DNA of 64,000 nt from Methanobacteriota archaeon (GCA_023436175.1 JAEZKE010000140.1:464-64463); one strand, 5' to 3'; counted from the stretch's first letter, positions 9,792 through 21,447 are shown. The notes: generated by a model not told the origin, from the letters alone. A program made the numbers and translations.

Positions 9792-10649
9792 ATGAAGGAT
9801 ACATCTTCAAATGACTTAAAAAGTTTTAAAATACGGCAAAAATTACAATTGGCAATGTCTAAATCCATGGAGAAGATAGGGAGAAATGAATTTGATTCCT
9901 GTCATTTTGAAATCGTGCCAGTTGATATTACTATTCCTGGACTTGATCCTTCTTTTGATGGTTATCGTATTGCACACATTACAGATATCCACCTGGGTCA
10001 ATGGATATCAAAAGATAAATTAAGTGGAGTTATGGATCTTGTTAATCAGCAAAATACAGACCTGGTAGCTATAACTGGTGATTTTGTATCCTATGCAATA
10101 GATTATCTTATAGATGATTTAATATCATGTTTGAGTAAACTTCATCCCAATGATGCATCTATAGCTGTCCTTGGAAACCATGACCACTGGCTTGGAGCAG
10201 CTAAAATTCGTAAAGTGCTGCAAAAGAGCAACATAATAGATGTGAGCAACGATATTTATACTTTAAAGCGCGACAATGCTACATTACACATGGCAGGTGT
10301 TGATAGCGTTATGTTAAATAAACATCGTCTGGATTTAGTTATGGATAAGTTACCTTCTTCAGGACCTGCAATACTGCTTGCACATGAGCCTGACTTTGCT
10401 GATATTAGTGCAACAACCGGAAGGTTTAGTCTACAAATTTCAGGTCACTCGCATGGTGGTCAATTTATGATACCTGGTATTGGGACGTTAATTAGAGGTC
10501 CACACTTCTTAAAATATCCCATTGGTAAATATCAGGTAGGTGACATGGTCCAGTATACGAATCGAGGACTCGGTACAAATATATTCTGGCTCAGGATTAA
10601 CTGCCCTCCTGAAATTACAGTGATAAATCTAAGATCACCTAAAATATAA
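9792..10649 (+). CDS. Calcineurin-like metallophosphoesterase
   Basis: DIH, TGD, GNHD, GHSHGGQ motifs. Confidence 0.92.
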   Translation: MKDTSSNDLKSFKIRQKLQLAMSKSMEKIGRNEFDSCHFEIVPVDITIPGLDPSFDGYRIAHITDIHLGQWISKDKLSGVMDLVNQQNTDLVAITGDFVSYAIDYLIDDLISCLSKLHPNDASIAVLGNHDHWLGAAKIRKVLQKSNIIDVSNDIYTLKRDNATLHMAGVDSVMLNKHRLDLVMDKLPSSGPAILLAHEPDFADISATTGRFSLQISGHSHGGQFMIPGIGTLIRGPHFLKYPIGKYQVGDMVQYTNRGLGTNIFWLRINCPPEITVINLRSPKI

Positions 10650-10737
10650 AATAAAAATGAGATATAATCCCACAATATTTAATAACTGGATAAAATTCAA
10701 ATATTTGTATTCAATACTATTTCAATAGAGGTCAACA

Positions 10738-12918
10738 ATGAATAAAAACCAGTACTTTCTATGGATCGGCCGTACACTGGTTCTCTGGATATCTGAAGTT
10801 ATAGGACTTATGGTAATGACTTGGTTACTTCCAGGACTAAGTATCAACAGTTGGGAAACTGCATTCATCGTAGTTACTTTAATTGGGATATTAAACGCGA
10901 TTTTTTGGCCTATTTTATCTTACTACACACTTCCATTTCTTGTTTTCACCTTTGGAGTAGGTTCCCTGCTTTTAAATGGTTTGATCATATTGTTTATAAG
11001 CTTTTTTATACCTGGAATTACCATAAAGGATGCAGCACTTGTTTTAACTCCACTTGGAATAGCTTTTATCAGTACACTTGTATCTGCAGTCTTAACTATT
11101 GGAGATGAGGCATCTTATTATAGATCTGTTTTAAAAAGATACATGCAGCGCTTTACCAGAAACAACCATTCAGATAAACCGGGAGTTATATTCTTAGAGA
11201 TTGATGGACTGGCAGAGTCGGTTTTGCAAAGTGCATTAGATAGGGGATATATGCCAACCCTTAAAAGCTGGATAAAAAAGGGCAGTCATAAGATTCTTCA
11301 GTGGGAAACTGATCTTTCCTCTCAAACAGGTGCTTCCCAGGCAGGCATTCTTCATGGAAAAAATCAGGATATGCCTGCTTTTAGATGGGTTGAGAAGGAA
11401 AATAACAACAAATTAAGGGTATCTACAGGATTATTTGATGCGCCTTTACTTGAACAGCGCGTGTCAGATGGTAAAGGATTGCTTGCAATAAATGGAGCAA
11501 GCAGGTCTAATCTTTTTTCAGGAGATGCATTAAATGCAATATTTACATACAGCAAATTTAGTGATTTATCTAAGTTTTATACACGGGCATGGTATTTCTT
11601 TTACTTCAATCCCTACAATTTTGCACGTACCCTTGTGCTTTTTGTATGGGACATGATCATAGAGATTGTATCCCGCATCAGGCAGTGGAAGAAAAATATA
11701 AAACCACGAATGAACCGTAGCATTCTTTACTTAGTTGTAAGGGCTACAGCCAATGTTTTTTTACGTGAAATAACCACCAGTACTATTATAGGGGATATAT
11801 TTACGGGTCGTGCGGATGCAGTCTATGCAACATATGTAGGCTACGATGAGATAGCCCACCATTCAGGTACAAAAGACATTGACGCTTTTAATGCGCTTAA
11901 ACAGTTAGATAAACAATTTTTACTTTTAGACAATGCCAGAAAGAGTGCTTCAAGGCCTTACCATTTTGTGATACTTTCTGATCATGGGCAAAGTAATGGA
12001 GCTACCTTTAAACAGCGTTATAATATTACATTGGAAGGTTTAGTACGTAAATTAATTCCTAAAGACTTAAAGATATATTACGAATTTGATACAAATGAAG
12101 ACCATTTCAGTCAGGTAATTACCTATCCAATTGCTGATGGAAAACGGTGGATTAGCGAAAAAAGGGAAAATGTCATTAAAAGTGGTAAAGAATTCACTGG
12201 AAATATCAGACAATCAATTGAAAACCAGGATTGGATAAAAGAAAAAAGGGAAAATGCTATTAAAAGCAGTAAAGAATTCACTGGAAATATCTGGCAGTCC
12301 CTTGACAAGGACGAAAAAATAAGTGAAAGAATAACAAAATTTAATGAATCACTAAAAATTCCAATAAAACCCAGAGAAAAACCAATCACTCATAAAGAAG
12401 CAGATGTTACAGTACTTGCCTCAGGCAACCTTGGCCTGATCTACTTTAAAAAATGGGAAAATAGAATGAGCTTTGAGGAAATTAATGCAGTATTTCCCGA
12501 ATTGATTCCAGGTTTAATACAGCATGAAGGTATTGGATTTATAATGGTTCGGTCTAATAAGGAAGGATCTATTATAATTGGCTCTAAAGGAATTTATTAT
12601 TTAAAGAATGATAAAATAAAAGGAGAAAATCCACTTAAAGGTTTTGGAAAAAACGCTGCCATGCATTTAAAAAGAACAGATAGTTTTAAATATGTACCGG
12701 ATATTTTAGTAAACAGTCTATATGATGCTGAGAAGAATGAAGTGGCTGCTTTTGAAGAATTAATTGGCAGTCATGGAGGATTAGGTGGTGATCAATCTAA
12801 ACCCTTCTTAGTATATCCATCAAACTGGAATCTAGAAAAAGAGGATATAGTTGGGGCTGAAAAACTGCACATCATTTTAAAAAATAAACTAAATGAAATA
12901 TGGTCCAAATATGACTAA
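10738..12918 (+). CDS. Phage-holin-4-like membrane domain fused to alkaline-phosphatase-superfamily (phosphodiesterase) domain
   Basis: Four N-terminal TM helices; EIDG, SQT, YDE..HH, SDHG and SHGG motifs. Confidence 0.8.
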   Translation: MNKNQYFLWIGRTLVLWISEVIGLMVMTWLLPGLSINSWETAFIVVTLIGILNAIFWPILSYYTLPFLVFTFGVGSLLLNGLIILFISFFIPGITIKDAALVLTPLGIAFISTLVSAVLTIGDEASYYRSVLKRYMQRFTRNNHSDKPGVIFLEIDGLAESVLQSALDRGYMPTLKSWIKKGSHKILQWETDLSSQTGASQAGILHGKNQDMPAFRWVEKENNNKLRVSTGLFDAPLLEQRVSDGKGLLAINGASRSNLFSGDALNAIFTYSKFSDLSKFYTRAWYFFYFNPYNFARTLVLFVWDMIIEIVSRIRQWKKNIKPRMNRSILYLVVRATANVFLREITTSTIIGDIFTGRADAVYATYVGYDEIAHHSGTKDIDAFNALKQLDKQFLLLDNARKSASRPYHFVILSDHGQSNGATFKQRYNITLEGLVRKLIPKDLKIYYEFDTNEDHFSQVITYPIADGKRWISEKRENVIKSGKEFTGNIRQSIENQDWIKEKRENAIKSSKEFTGNIWQSLDKDEKISERITKFNESLKIPIKPREKPITHKEADVTVLASGNLGLIYFKKWENRMSFEEINAVFPELIPGLIQHEGIGFIMVRSNKEGSIIIGSKGIYYLKNDKIKGENPLKGFGKNAAMHLKRTDSFKYVPDILVNSLYDAEKNEVAAFEELIGSHGGLGGDQSKPFLVYPSNWNLEKEDIVGAEKLHIILKNKLNEIWSKYD
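12148..12315 (+). repeat. In-frame 84-bp (28-aa) tandem duplication
   Basis: WISEKRENVIKSGKEFTGNIRQSIENQD / WIKEKRENAIKSSKEFTGNIWQSLDKDE. Confidence 0.9.
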
Positions 12919-13358
12919 CTTATAATCCATTCAGGAAATGAATGTCCTTCTTCCTGGTCACCTGCAGGCAGCGAGAAATGTAAGTGAGTAAACAACCATT
13001 TATCTTCTATTCTTTCAAGAACCATGCTTAACCGGCCAGAAAGCAGTACTTCCTTACCTGAAACTTTGGCATACATGGTCATCAATGCTGAAAGCCATGC
13101 TGTGTTATTTGCAGATTGAATAGTTACTTTTTCAAATTTAACCTGGATATTATCAGCTTGAGCAAAATCACGCTCAAATCCTTTTCTAAGCTCATCGTAG
13201 CCATGAATCCATTCATCAGTACCAGTACCTATAGCCACAATATCTGGATCATTTAAAAATAGAGCCAACATAGCATCAATATTTTTATCTGCATAGGCCT
13301 GTGCATACCTGTTTAGCATTTCCATAATTTCAAATTCTGTGTTTTCAGTACATTTCAA
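12915..13358 (-). CDS. NTF2/SnoaL-like protein
   Basis: IGTGTDEW and W.FTHLHFS motifs; GGAG RBS with TTG start. Confidence 0.85.
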   Translation of the reverse strand: MKCTENTEFEIMEMLNRYAQAYADKNIDAMLALFLNDPDIVAIGTGTDEWIHGYDELRKGFERDFAQADNIQVKFEKVTIQSANNTAWLSALMTMYAKVSGKEVLLSGRLSMVLERIEDKWLFTHLHFSLPAGDQEEGHSFPEWIIS

Positions 13359-13544
13359 GTTTTAGTCTCCTTGTATTATATCTATTGTTTTCTTTATTAT
13401 TTAAATTTATTTATATAAGCTTTATAATCACATTATAGCTGAATTCAGTTCTTATTTTAAATTTAATTAAACAAGTTAAATTTCACATTAATTTGTTAAA
13501 AATTAGAAAAAGTAAAATTATTTAGATTTGTTCACAGAAGTTAC

Positions 13545-13997
13545 ATGATGAAAACTCTCTGTATAGTCGCATGTGGAAAAAGAAAAATATGGGATGAAAG
13601 TCCAGAAAAAGGGCCTGTAAAAGCTCAAAATTTGTACACAGGTTCATTTACTAAAAAATGTATAGAATACGCTAAAAAATCGGATTTTGATTTATGGTGT
13701 ATTCTATCAGCTAAGTACGGATTTTTATTTCCAGATGAAGTTGTCCAGGGGCAGTACAATGAATGTTTTCACAATAGATCATCAAATTCAGTGACATTAA
13801 AAGAGCTTTCTTCACAGATAAGATTTAAAAAACTGAATAAATATGAAAAAGTCATTATTTTAGGTGGAAATTATTATACGGAAATGATAAAGAAATTATT
13901 TCATGAAAAAGAAATTTATAATCCTCTAAATGGATGTAAAGGTATTGGACACATGATGAAAAAGCTAAATGATTTAGTTAATAGTTCATCATTCTGA
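13545..13997 (+). CDS. DUF6884-like protein
   Basis: C..RK...A..LY.G..F and ILSAKYG motifs. Confidence 0.65.
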   Translation: MMKTLCIVACGKRKIWDESPEKGPVKAQNLYTGSFTKKCIEYAKKSDFDLWCILSAKYGFLFPDEVVQGQYNECFHNRSSNSVTLKELSSQIRFKKLNKYEKVIILGGNYYTEMIKKLFHEKEIYNPLNGCKGIGHMMKKLNDLVNSSSF

Positions 13998-14081
13998 TTA
14001 TTTCACTGTTTAGTTATTAAATTTAATTTTAATTTAATGAAAAATATATTAACTTATTAAAACCATAATTTAATAATAAAC

Positions 14082-14846
14082 GTGACAGTTATGGTATCTG
14101 AATGGGTTGTGGCAGGATTATGGGGTTTAATAGCAGGATCTGCTCTTTTAGTTGGGGCTTTGCTTGCTTATTTTTTCAAAATATCAGGGCGTATTGTAGC
14201 GGCTATAATGGCATTTGGTGCTGGTGTTTTAATTTCTGCAATCTCCTTAGAATTGATGGAAGAATCATTCCAGCTTGGAGGATTCTTCAATATGGTTACA
14301 GGTTTTCTAGCAGGTGCAGTAATCTTTACGGCTATAAATCTGTATTTAGCACGTAATGGTGCCAGACATCGGAAACGCTCAGGAAAGCAATTAAAATCAG
14401 ATCGCACTTCAGAAGATAATAGTTTAGCTATTGTAGCAGGCTCTGTAATAGATGGCATACCTGAATCTATAGCTATAGGCCTTACAATAATTACAGGTGG
14501 TGCCGTGAGTGTCGCAACGGTTGTTGCAATATTTATATCAAATATACCTGAGGGTTTGTCAAGCACAGCAGGTATTAAAAATGCAGGATGGAGTTTCAGT
14601 TCAATATTTAGTATGTGGCTTCTTATCACTGTTATCAGTGGGTTAGCATCATTAGCAGGGTACACTATATTCAGTCAGTTGCCTAACAGCGTAATTTCAT
14701 TTACCCTGGCCCTTGCAGCGGGCGGGATACTTGCAATGCTTGTAGATACCATGATCCCTGAAGCATTTTCAGAAACTCATGATCTTGCGGGATTATTCAC
14801 AGTTTTTGGATTTATCATTTCTTTTGCTCTCTCACAAATAGGATAA
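14082..14846 (+). CDS. ZIP-family metal transporter (ZupT/GufA-like)
   Basis: Multi-TM; DGIPE and SNIPEG motifs; MIPEAF. Confidence 0.88.
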   Translation: MTVMVSEWVVAGLWGLIAGSALLVGALLAYFFKISGRIVAAIMAFGAGVLISAISLELMEESFQLGGFFNMVTGFLAGAVIFTAINLYLARNGARHRKRSGKQLKSDRTSEDNSLAIVAGSVIDGIPESIAIGLTIITGGAVSVATVVAIFISNIPEGLSSTAGIKNAGWSFSSIFSMWLLITVISGLASLAGYTIFSQLPNSVISFTLALAAGGILAMLVDTMIPEAFSETHDLAGLFTVFGFIISFALSQIG

Positions 14847-14904
14847 AAGAATAGAAATAGATTTAAAAAATTAATTTTAGTTAATTATTGAAATAAAAAG
14901 CTTA

Positions 14905-16125
14905 TTATCGTTTTTTAAGTTCAACAGACAAATTTTTACCTAATTTGTAGCATTTATCTAATTCCTCTTTTTCAGGAACGTAATTTACTTCCATTTTATC
15001 AAAAACTTCAAAGCCTGATTTTTCGAGGTCATCTGCTATTTTTCTGACCCCTCCGCCAGCCCATCCATGAGAACCAAATATAAGGGCTAATTTTTTAAAT
15101 CCTGTCCTATCAAATCTTAAGCCTTCAAGATAGTACATTAAGTCACCAATGCTCGGATACGGCTTGTTGAATATGGTTGGAATTCCAAATAAGACCGCTT
15201 TACTGTCTAAAATATCTTTTACGATTTCACTTCGTTCATCTTCATGTAAAAAGTACATGAACACATCAACGTCTTCACTCATGATACCCTCTGCAAATGC
15301 ATGGGCCATCTTCTGCGTTGAGCCGTGCATTGTATCATAAACAATGGTTACTTTGTTTCTGCACTTACCTGTAGCTAAGTTACTGTAGGCTTCAATGATT
15401 TTCATTGGATCCGTCCATATTTGCCCATGTGATGGGGCAATCATTTCAATTTTATCGAGTAGTGCTAAGTCTTCAACTTCTTTAAATTTTCTAAGTATTA
15501 AAGGGGAGAGTGGTGTAAGTAAATTAGCATAGAACTTTCTTGCGGCATCCATCAATATATATTCTGGAATTTCAGTGTCCAATCTTTGTCTAAAACATAG
15601 ATGTTGTCCAAATGCATCGTTTGAAAATAGAATACCGTCATCAACAAGCAGTGTGAACATGCTGTCAGGCCAGTGCAGTAATGGAGCTTCAAGGAAGGCT
15701 AATTTTTTATTCCCAATATCAAGCTCATCTCCAGTCTTAACAACTTTAAAATTAACATTTTCAAGGGAATAATGTCTTTTAAGTCCATCTAATGCCTTTT
15801 GTGTACAGTATATTGGTGCATCAGGGAATTTTTTATGCATATCTGGCAATGTACCGCTGTGATCTTTTTCAACATGGTTTTGAATTATGATATCTATTTT
15901 GAAATCTTTTCCTTCCTTATTGCACGCATCTTCAATCCGGCCCAACATTTGGGAAGCAGTTCCAGGATAAGTGTTATCAATTAAAACTGTCTTATCTTCT
16001 CCAAATACTAAATAAGCATTATATGTTGTTCCATTTAGGGTATACCCATGGTAACTCCTTAAATCCCAATCAAAAACTCCTACCCAGTATACGTTATCTT
16101 TAATTTTAACTGCATCTGCTTTCAT
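14905..16125 (-). CDS. fprA: Flavodiiron protein (F420H2 oxidase type)
   Basis: HVEKDH, HWPD, DAFGQH, PSHG and flavodoxin TMHGST; start MKADAV. Confidence 0.92.
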   Translation of the reverse strand: MKADAVKIKDNVYWVGVFDWDLRSYHGYTLNGTTYNAYLVFGEDKTVLIDNTYPGTASQMLGRIEDACNKEGKDFKIDIIIQNHVEKDHSGTLPDMHKKFPDAPIYCTQKALDGLKRHYSLENVNFKVVKTGDELDIGNKKLAFLEAPLLHWPDSMFTLLVDDGILFSNDAFGQHLCFRQRLDTEIPEYILMDAARKFYANLLTPLSPLILRKFKEVEDLALLDKIEMIAPSHGQIWTDPMKIIEAYSNLATGKCRNKVTIVYDTMHGSTQKMAHAFAEGIMSEDVDVFMYFLHEDERSEIVKDILDSKAVLFGIPTIFNKPYPSIGDLMYYLEGLRFDRTGFKKLALIFGSHGWAGGGVRKIADDLEKSGFEVFDKMEVNYVPEKEELDKCYKLGKNLSVELKKR

Positions 16126-16380
16126 CTTCATTCCCCCAAAGATTTTCTTCAACTCGAAATACCTTTAAATTAACTGATTTAATTTATATAACTCTTAAGT
16201 TATATATTTTTATTGATAAGAGCTAAAAATTAGTATTAAATAATTAAAATACAAAAATAAGTCTATTTTTTGACTTTAATGACATAAATTTACTTATATG
16301 CTTTAAAAAGACTTAAATTAAGAGTTATATTTTAAATAGAATTATTATATTTATTAGATAAAAAGTTGGAAATAAAAATT

Positions 16381-18099
16381 TTACATCCTTTTATATTCTA
16401 ATTTATTGAAGATTACTTTAAATTTGGTTCCACTATCTTTATCAAGCTTTATGGTACCATCTAATTGGTTCACCAGGCTATTTACTAATTGTAAGCCTAA
16501 TGTGTCCGTATTTTTAAAATCAATATTTTCTGATAATCCAACACCATTATCACTTACAACTAAAATAAATTTATTTTCTTTATAAGAATGTAGATGTATG
16601 CATATTTCATTTGAAACTTTATCACTATTTACGCCTGCATTTGAGGAATTTACTGGAAAAGCATATTTTAATGAATTTGTTACCAGTTCATTAATAATTA
16701 AACCACAGGGAATTGCTGTATTAATATCTAATGAAACATGATCGATATTTAATTTAAAATTTATGTAAGTGGGGTCTATTGAATAAGAATGGAACAGATA
16801 ATTTAGTAAATTTTGAACATAAACTGCAAAATCAATGTTTGTAAAATCTGACGACTGATACAACTGTTCATGTATAAATGCCATTGATCTGACCCTGCTC
16901 TGGCTCTCTTTAAAAAGTTCAAGATCTTCTTCATCTTTCACATATTTAGATTGAAGACTGAGTAGACTGCTTATAATCTGCAAATTATTTTTAACGCGGT
17001 GATGAATCTCTTGAAGTAACAGCTTCTTTTCCTCAAGTGATGCTTTAATTTTATTTTCTGCTAGTTTAATATCAGTAATATCATTACCAATACAAACTAT
17101 CCCTAATATTTGGGAATTATTGCTCTCAATTAAAGATATGGATAAAAATACTGGAATTAGTTGGCCATTTTTAGCCTTAAAAGTAGTTTCAACATTATTT
17201 ATAGATTTTTTACCAATTATGCATAGATTTTCTTTAAATAAAGATTTTTCATCTTCTACAAAAACAACATTTAGTGATTTACCAATTAACTCAGAATCAG
17301 TGAACCCTAAAAGATCCTTGGTTGCTTGATTAGTAGTTATTATGTGCATGTTCTCATCAAGTAAAAAGAAAAAGTTTGACATTGTAGATACTATATTATC
17401 TGCAGCTACTGCAGGAGTAAGTGAAGGGAATCTGTATTTCCAAATTCCATAACTGATAAGACAAATTCCCACGGTCATCATCGTCATGGTCATTTCGGGT
17501 ACTCTTAAAGATACACTAGGTAAAATAAAATCGCTGCAAAGACTTATAAATAATGGTATATAAAGACCAGCAAAAATGTATTTTGCCTGTATTTTCGTTA
17601 AATTCTTTGATTTTAAATAGTATCTAAAACATATAAATCCTGCTAAAACTACTGTAGCAACTGTCCATAATGACATAATATTATATAGAGTCATATCTAC
17701 AGGAAGAGCATATGTCCAACCCCAATATTCTTTTGAAATGGTATCTAAAAGCAAATTTGTAGTTAAAGATAATCCAACTATTATGATTGATGGAAGATAA
17801 ATTAAGATATAAGTTAATTTATTTTTTAAGTAATGTGATTTAGTAAATATTAAAGAAATATGAAGTAATAAAGAAGGTACTATGGGCCATAAAGTGCTAA
17901 TTTTTATCCAAAAAAATGCTGTCTGAAAAACTTCGGCCTGCCTATATTCAAATTCTACAAAAGCAAGGAATCCTACTATTATACACGTTAATGCAATTAT
18001 TCCATTTAATTGGCTCTTTGGATTTTTATGGTAAATGAAATTTCCAAGAAAAAAGCATACCATGAAAGCTACAAATGAAATTAGTGCAAATACGTTCAT
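16381..18099 (-). CDS. 7TM-PAS HisKA_2 histidine kinase
   Basis: ~7 N-terminal TM helices, PAS, EIHHRVKNNLQ, NELVTN, DNGVG. Confidence 0.9.
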   Translation of the reverse strand: MNVFALISFVAFMVCFFLGNFIYHKNPKSQLNGIIALTCIIVGFLAFVEFEYRQAEVFQTAFFWIKISTLWPIVPSLLLHISLIFTKSHYLKNKLTYILIYLPSIIIVGLSLTTNLLLDTISKEYWGWTYALPVDMTLYNIMSLWTVATVVLAGFICFRYYLKSKNLTKIQAKYIFAGLYIPLFISLCSDFILPSVSLRVPEMTMTMMTVGICLISYGIWKYRFPSLTPAVAADNIVSTMSNFFFLLDENMHIITTNQATKDLLGFTDSELIGKSLNVVFVEDEKSLFKENLCIIGKKSINNVETTFKAKNGQLIPVFLSISLIESNNSQILGIVCIGNDITDIKLAENKIKASLEEKKLLLQEIHHRVKNNLQIISSLLSLQSKYVKDEEDLELFKESQSRVRSMAFIHEQLYQSSDFTNIDFAVYVQNLLNYLFHSYSIDPTYINFKLNIDHVSLDINTAIPCGLIINELVTNSLKYAFPVNSSNAGVNSDKVSNEICIHLHSYKENKFILVVSDNGVGLSENIDFKNTDTLGLQLVNSLVNQLDGTIKLDKDSGTKFKVIFNKLEYKRM

Positions 18100-18373
18100 T
18101 TACGATTTTTCTCCGCTTTAAACTAACTTAAAACTTGTTTTTCATACTATATAAATATTACGTGATATTTGATTCGTTTTAACCGGAATTATGTTCATAA
18201 AAAAAACTTCGTATTAAATTATTTTTATTATTTAAAGCAAAAATCGGTATTAATGTAGTTATTACTTTTATTTTAATTATATAAATTGATAAGAAGAAGT
18301 TACTACCTATTAATAAGTGAAATACATTAAACACGTATTAAATAATGTTAAGAATAATATGGAGGAAATTAAT

Positions 18374-19261
18374 ATGAATTTAAATATCAGTGATAGATAT
18401 ATAGATTTTGAATCATTAAACTCATTAAAAAATGAAATATTTTATGGGGGTTATTTTGCTGCATTAGGAAGTCCATGTTTAATAATATCGACATCCATAA
18501 TTTTAAATATTAGTATTAGTCTTCCAGAACTGTTAATATCCTATTTATTACCTTTAATGATTTACAGCTATGATTATTATAAAGATATCGATAAAGATAT
18601 TAAAAATAATTCAGAAAGGGCTATTTTTTTAAAAAAAAAAGCTGATAGATATCCATTTGTATTTGGCTTTTATGTTACGCTATTAATTTCTCTATTGATT
18701 TTGTATTCAAATCTTGGTTTGGTCGCCTTTATAATAGCTATAATGGTAGGAGGAATATTATATAATTTAGTGCTTAAAGATTTAACAAAAAAGATTCCCG
18801 CATTTAAAAATATATTTACTGCGATAACATGGGCACTAGTAGGAGCATTTTTCCCTCTTTTTTACTATTCTATGGATATTAATTTATCATTTATAATAGC
18901 CTTTTTTTTAATATTCATGAGAGTCATGACCAATGTTATATTCTTTGATTTGAAGGATATGGATAATGATAATGCCGATGGCTTAAAAACGCTTCCTGTA
19001 ATATTAGGGAAAAAAACTACCATTAATATATTGCACTTTATAAATGTAATTGCATTTTTACCGTTAATTTTAGGAATATACTTTAATATAATTAATATTA
19101 GCGCTATTTTCTTGTTAATATTCATTATATATGAGTATTTTTATATTAGTAAAGCAAATTTAGCATCAAGTAGTGAATTAGAAACAACTGCACATACATT
19201 GGCTGACTTAGAATTTGTTCTATGGCCAGTATTGCTGACTACGGTCACATTACTAATATAA
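18374..19261 (+). CDS. UbiA-family prenyltransferase
   Basis: Multi-TM; YDYYKDIDKD and DLKDMDNDNADG Asp-rich motifs; GGAGG RBS before ATG 18374. Confidence 0.82.
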   Translation: MNLNISDRYIDFESLNSLKNEIFYGGYFAALGSPCLIISTSIILNISISLPELLISYLLPLMIYSYDYYKDIDKDIKNNSERAIFLKKKADRYPFVFGFYVTLLISLLILYSNLGLVAFIIAIMVGGILYNLVLKDLTKKIPAFKNIFTAITWALVGAFFPLFYYSMDINLSFIIAFFLIFMRVMTNVIFFDLKDMDNDNADGLKTLPVILGKKTTINILHFINVIAFLPLILGIYFNIINISAIFLLIFIIYEYFYISKANLASSSELETTAHTLADLEFVLWPVLLTTVTLLI

Positions 19262-19274
19262 CTTTAGTTATCTA

Positions 19275-19673
19275 TTAAATTTTTATTTTATCTCGTTTCC
19301 TGTAGGCCATTCCCTGAAAAATTGCTATTAGTTCACCAACATCATTGGTAATAGTGACAGTGTAAGTACCAAGTTTTGGATTTATGGATATTTCTTCTGC
19401 TTCTGCATATAGAGTTCCAGATCTAGCAGCTTTCATAAATGATATATTAGCATTTATGGCCACAGTAACGGTTCCATAAGAATTTGCAGCGACCGCAAAA
19501 GTAAAATCTGCTAAAGTAAATATAGCCCCGCCATGGACAGTTCCAATCCCATTAAGGTGATTTTTAGTTATTTCCATTTTGGATTTTGCCCATCCTTCTT
19601 TAGCTTCTAATAGTTCTATACCTATATATCTTGCAAATTTATCCTTTTTAAAGAATTGTTTAATTTTTTCCAT
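19275..19673 (-). CDS. PaaI-family hotdog thioesterase
   Basis: N..G.VHGG.IFTLAD motif. Confidence 0.9.
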   Translation of the reverse strand: MEKIKQFFKKDKFARYIGIELLEAKEGWAKSKMEITKNHLNGIGTVHGGAIFTLADFTFAVAANSYGTVTVAINANISFMKAARSGTLYAEAEEISINPKLGTYTVTITNDVGELIAIFQGMAYRKRDKIKI

Positions 19674-19739
19674 GTTACTCCCCATAAATTAAATATTTTA
19701 TTATCAATCTTTTTATCCATCTGAAGACTTAATAATTCT

Positions 19740-21152
19740 TTAATCTTCTTCTATAATGTTATTTTTGTTTAGATGACTTTTATGCTGTCCATAAAAATAG
19801 TATATCACAAGTCCAATTGCAAGCCATATAATGAATCTTAATTGAGTGACAGTTGGCAGTTCAATTACAAGAAGGCAGCAGAATATTATTGCAATAGCAG
19901 GAATTACAGGTACGAATGGTGTTTTGAAGGGTCGCTGAATATCGGGCTGCGTTTTTCTTAAGATTATTACCGCAAATGATACAATAATAAATGCAGCGAG
20001 TGTTCCTATATTTACAAGCTGAACTACATCAGTAATGGGGACAAATGCCGCAATAGCAGCTCCAATGGAACCAATAACTGCAATACCTGTAACTGGAGTG
20101 TTAAATTTTTTATGTATTTTTGCAAATATTCCAGGTAACAACCCATCTCTTGCTATTGCAAAGAAAACTCGGGTTTGTCCAAATAAACCCACAAGAAGGA
20201 CAGATGTAATTCCACAAAGTGCTCCAATTGATACTACTGTACTGGCCCAGTCAATTCCTACATTTTGAAGGGCAAAAGCAATAGGGGCAGCTGTTTCTTT
20301 AAAAGCACTGTAGGGAAGTATTCCATTTAAAACAAGCGCCACAACAACATAAAGAACTGAACTAATAACAAGAGAACCTATAATTGCTATTGGAAGTGTT
20401 TTTTGGGGATTTTTTACCTCTTCTGCAGCTGTTGTAAGGGCATCAAATCCAATATAAGCAAAAAATATTATTGCCGCACCTTTAAATACTCCAATAAAAC
20501 CATAGGGAAAAAATGGATTGTAATTGGAAGGGTTAATATGATAAATTCCAATTGCAATAAAAAGTAAAATTACAGATAGTTTAATAAGTACAATGACTGT
20601 GTTAAAACGAGAACTTTCACGCACTCCAACAATCAGCAAGCTCATAACTATAAATACGATCAAAACTGCAGGGAGATTAATGATTCCACCTTCTATTCCC
20701 GGAGGATTAACTAAAGCACTTGGTAAGATGATCCCACTTGAACTAAAAATCTCAACAAAATAATTGGACCAGCCGATTGCAACTGCAGCAACTATAACTA
20801 AATACTCAAGTACCAGGTCCCATCCAATAATCCATGCCCAGATTTCTCCAAGCGTTACATAACTGTATGTATAAACACTTCCTGCTACTGGAATCATAGT
20901 AGCAAATTCAGCATAACATAGTGCTGTAAACAAACACGCAATTCCTGAGATAAGAAAAGAAATAACAATTGCAGGACCTGCGTAATATGCAGAGGCAATT
21001 CCAGTAAGTATAAAAATACCTGCACCAATAATCGTACCAATACCCATCATTAAAAGCCCAATAGGTCCAAGTACTCTTTTAAGCCCTTTTTCTCCAGAGC
21101 TAACCTTTAATAATTCATCAATGGACTTTTTTCTAAATATTTTTCTTTTCAT
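19740..21152 (-). CDS. APC-family amino acid permease (CAT/YfnA-like)
   Basis: IIGAGIF, YAEFA, FAYIGFD; ~12 TM helices. Confidence 0.92.
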   Translation of the reverse strand: MKRKIFRKKSIDELLKVSSGEKGLKRVLGPIGLLMMGIGTIIGAGIFILTGIASAYYAGPAIVISFLISGIACLFTALCYAEFATMIPVAGSVYTYSYVTLGEIWAWIIGWDLVLEYLVIVAAVAIGWSNYFVEIFSSSGIILPSALVNPPGIEGGIINLPAVLIVFIVMSLLIVGVRESSRFNTVIVLIKLSVILLFIAIGIYHINPSNYNPFFPYGFIGVFKGAAIIFFAYIGFDALTTAAEEVKNPQKTLPIAIIGSLVISSVLYVVVALVLNGILPYSAFKETAAPIAFALQNVGIDWASTVVSIGALCGITSVLLVGLFGQTRVFFAIARDGLLPGIFAKIHKKFNTPVTGIAVIGSIGAAIAAFVPITDVVQLVNIGTLAAFIIVSFAVIILRKTQPDIQRPFKTPFVPVIPAIAIIFCCLLVIELPTVTQLRFIIWLAIGLVIYYFYGQHKSHLNKNNIIEED

Positions 21153-21447
21153 GATAAATAGCCCAAATGGTTTTTAAAGTATAGCTAAATAATCTAAAAG
21201 ATGATACTTATTTAACGCTAAAAATACGTATTTTTATTTGACTTTTTGATTACGGAGTTTTAAAATAATCTGAATAACAATTTGCACTATTTTTAACATT
21301 TTTTTGACTTAGTTAATTATTATAAATAATAAAATATAAATAATTATTACCTAAACTTATCTAAAATTTCAATGACTTTTTCATTAGGTACTTAAAGCAC
21401 CGTATTTTAGTTTATAAATTTATATTAAGCTTAAAAAGAGGAATATT

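Noticed and set aside
10738..11100. Holin-like domain as a sign of prophage
   Set aside because: This holin-phosphodiesterase fusion is a cellular architecture and no phage genes are nearby
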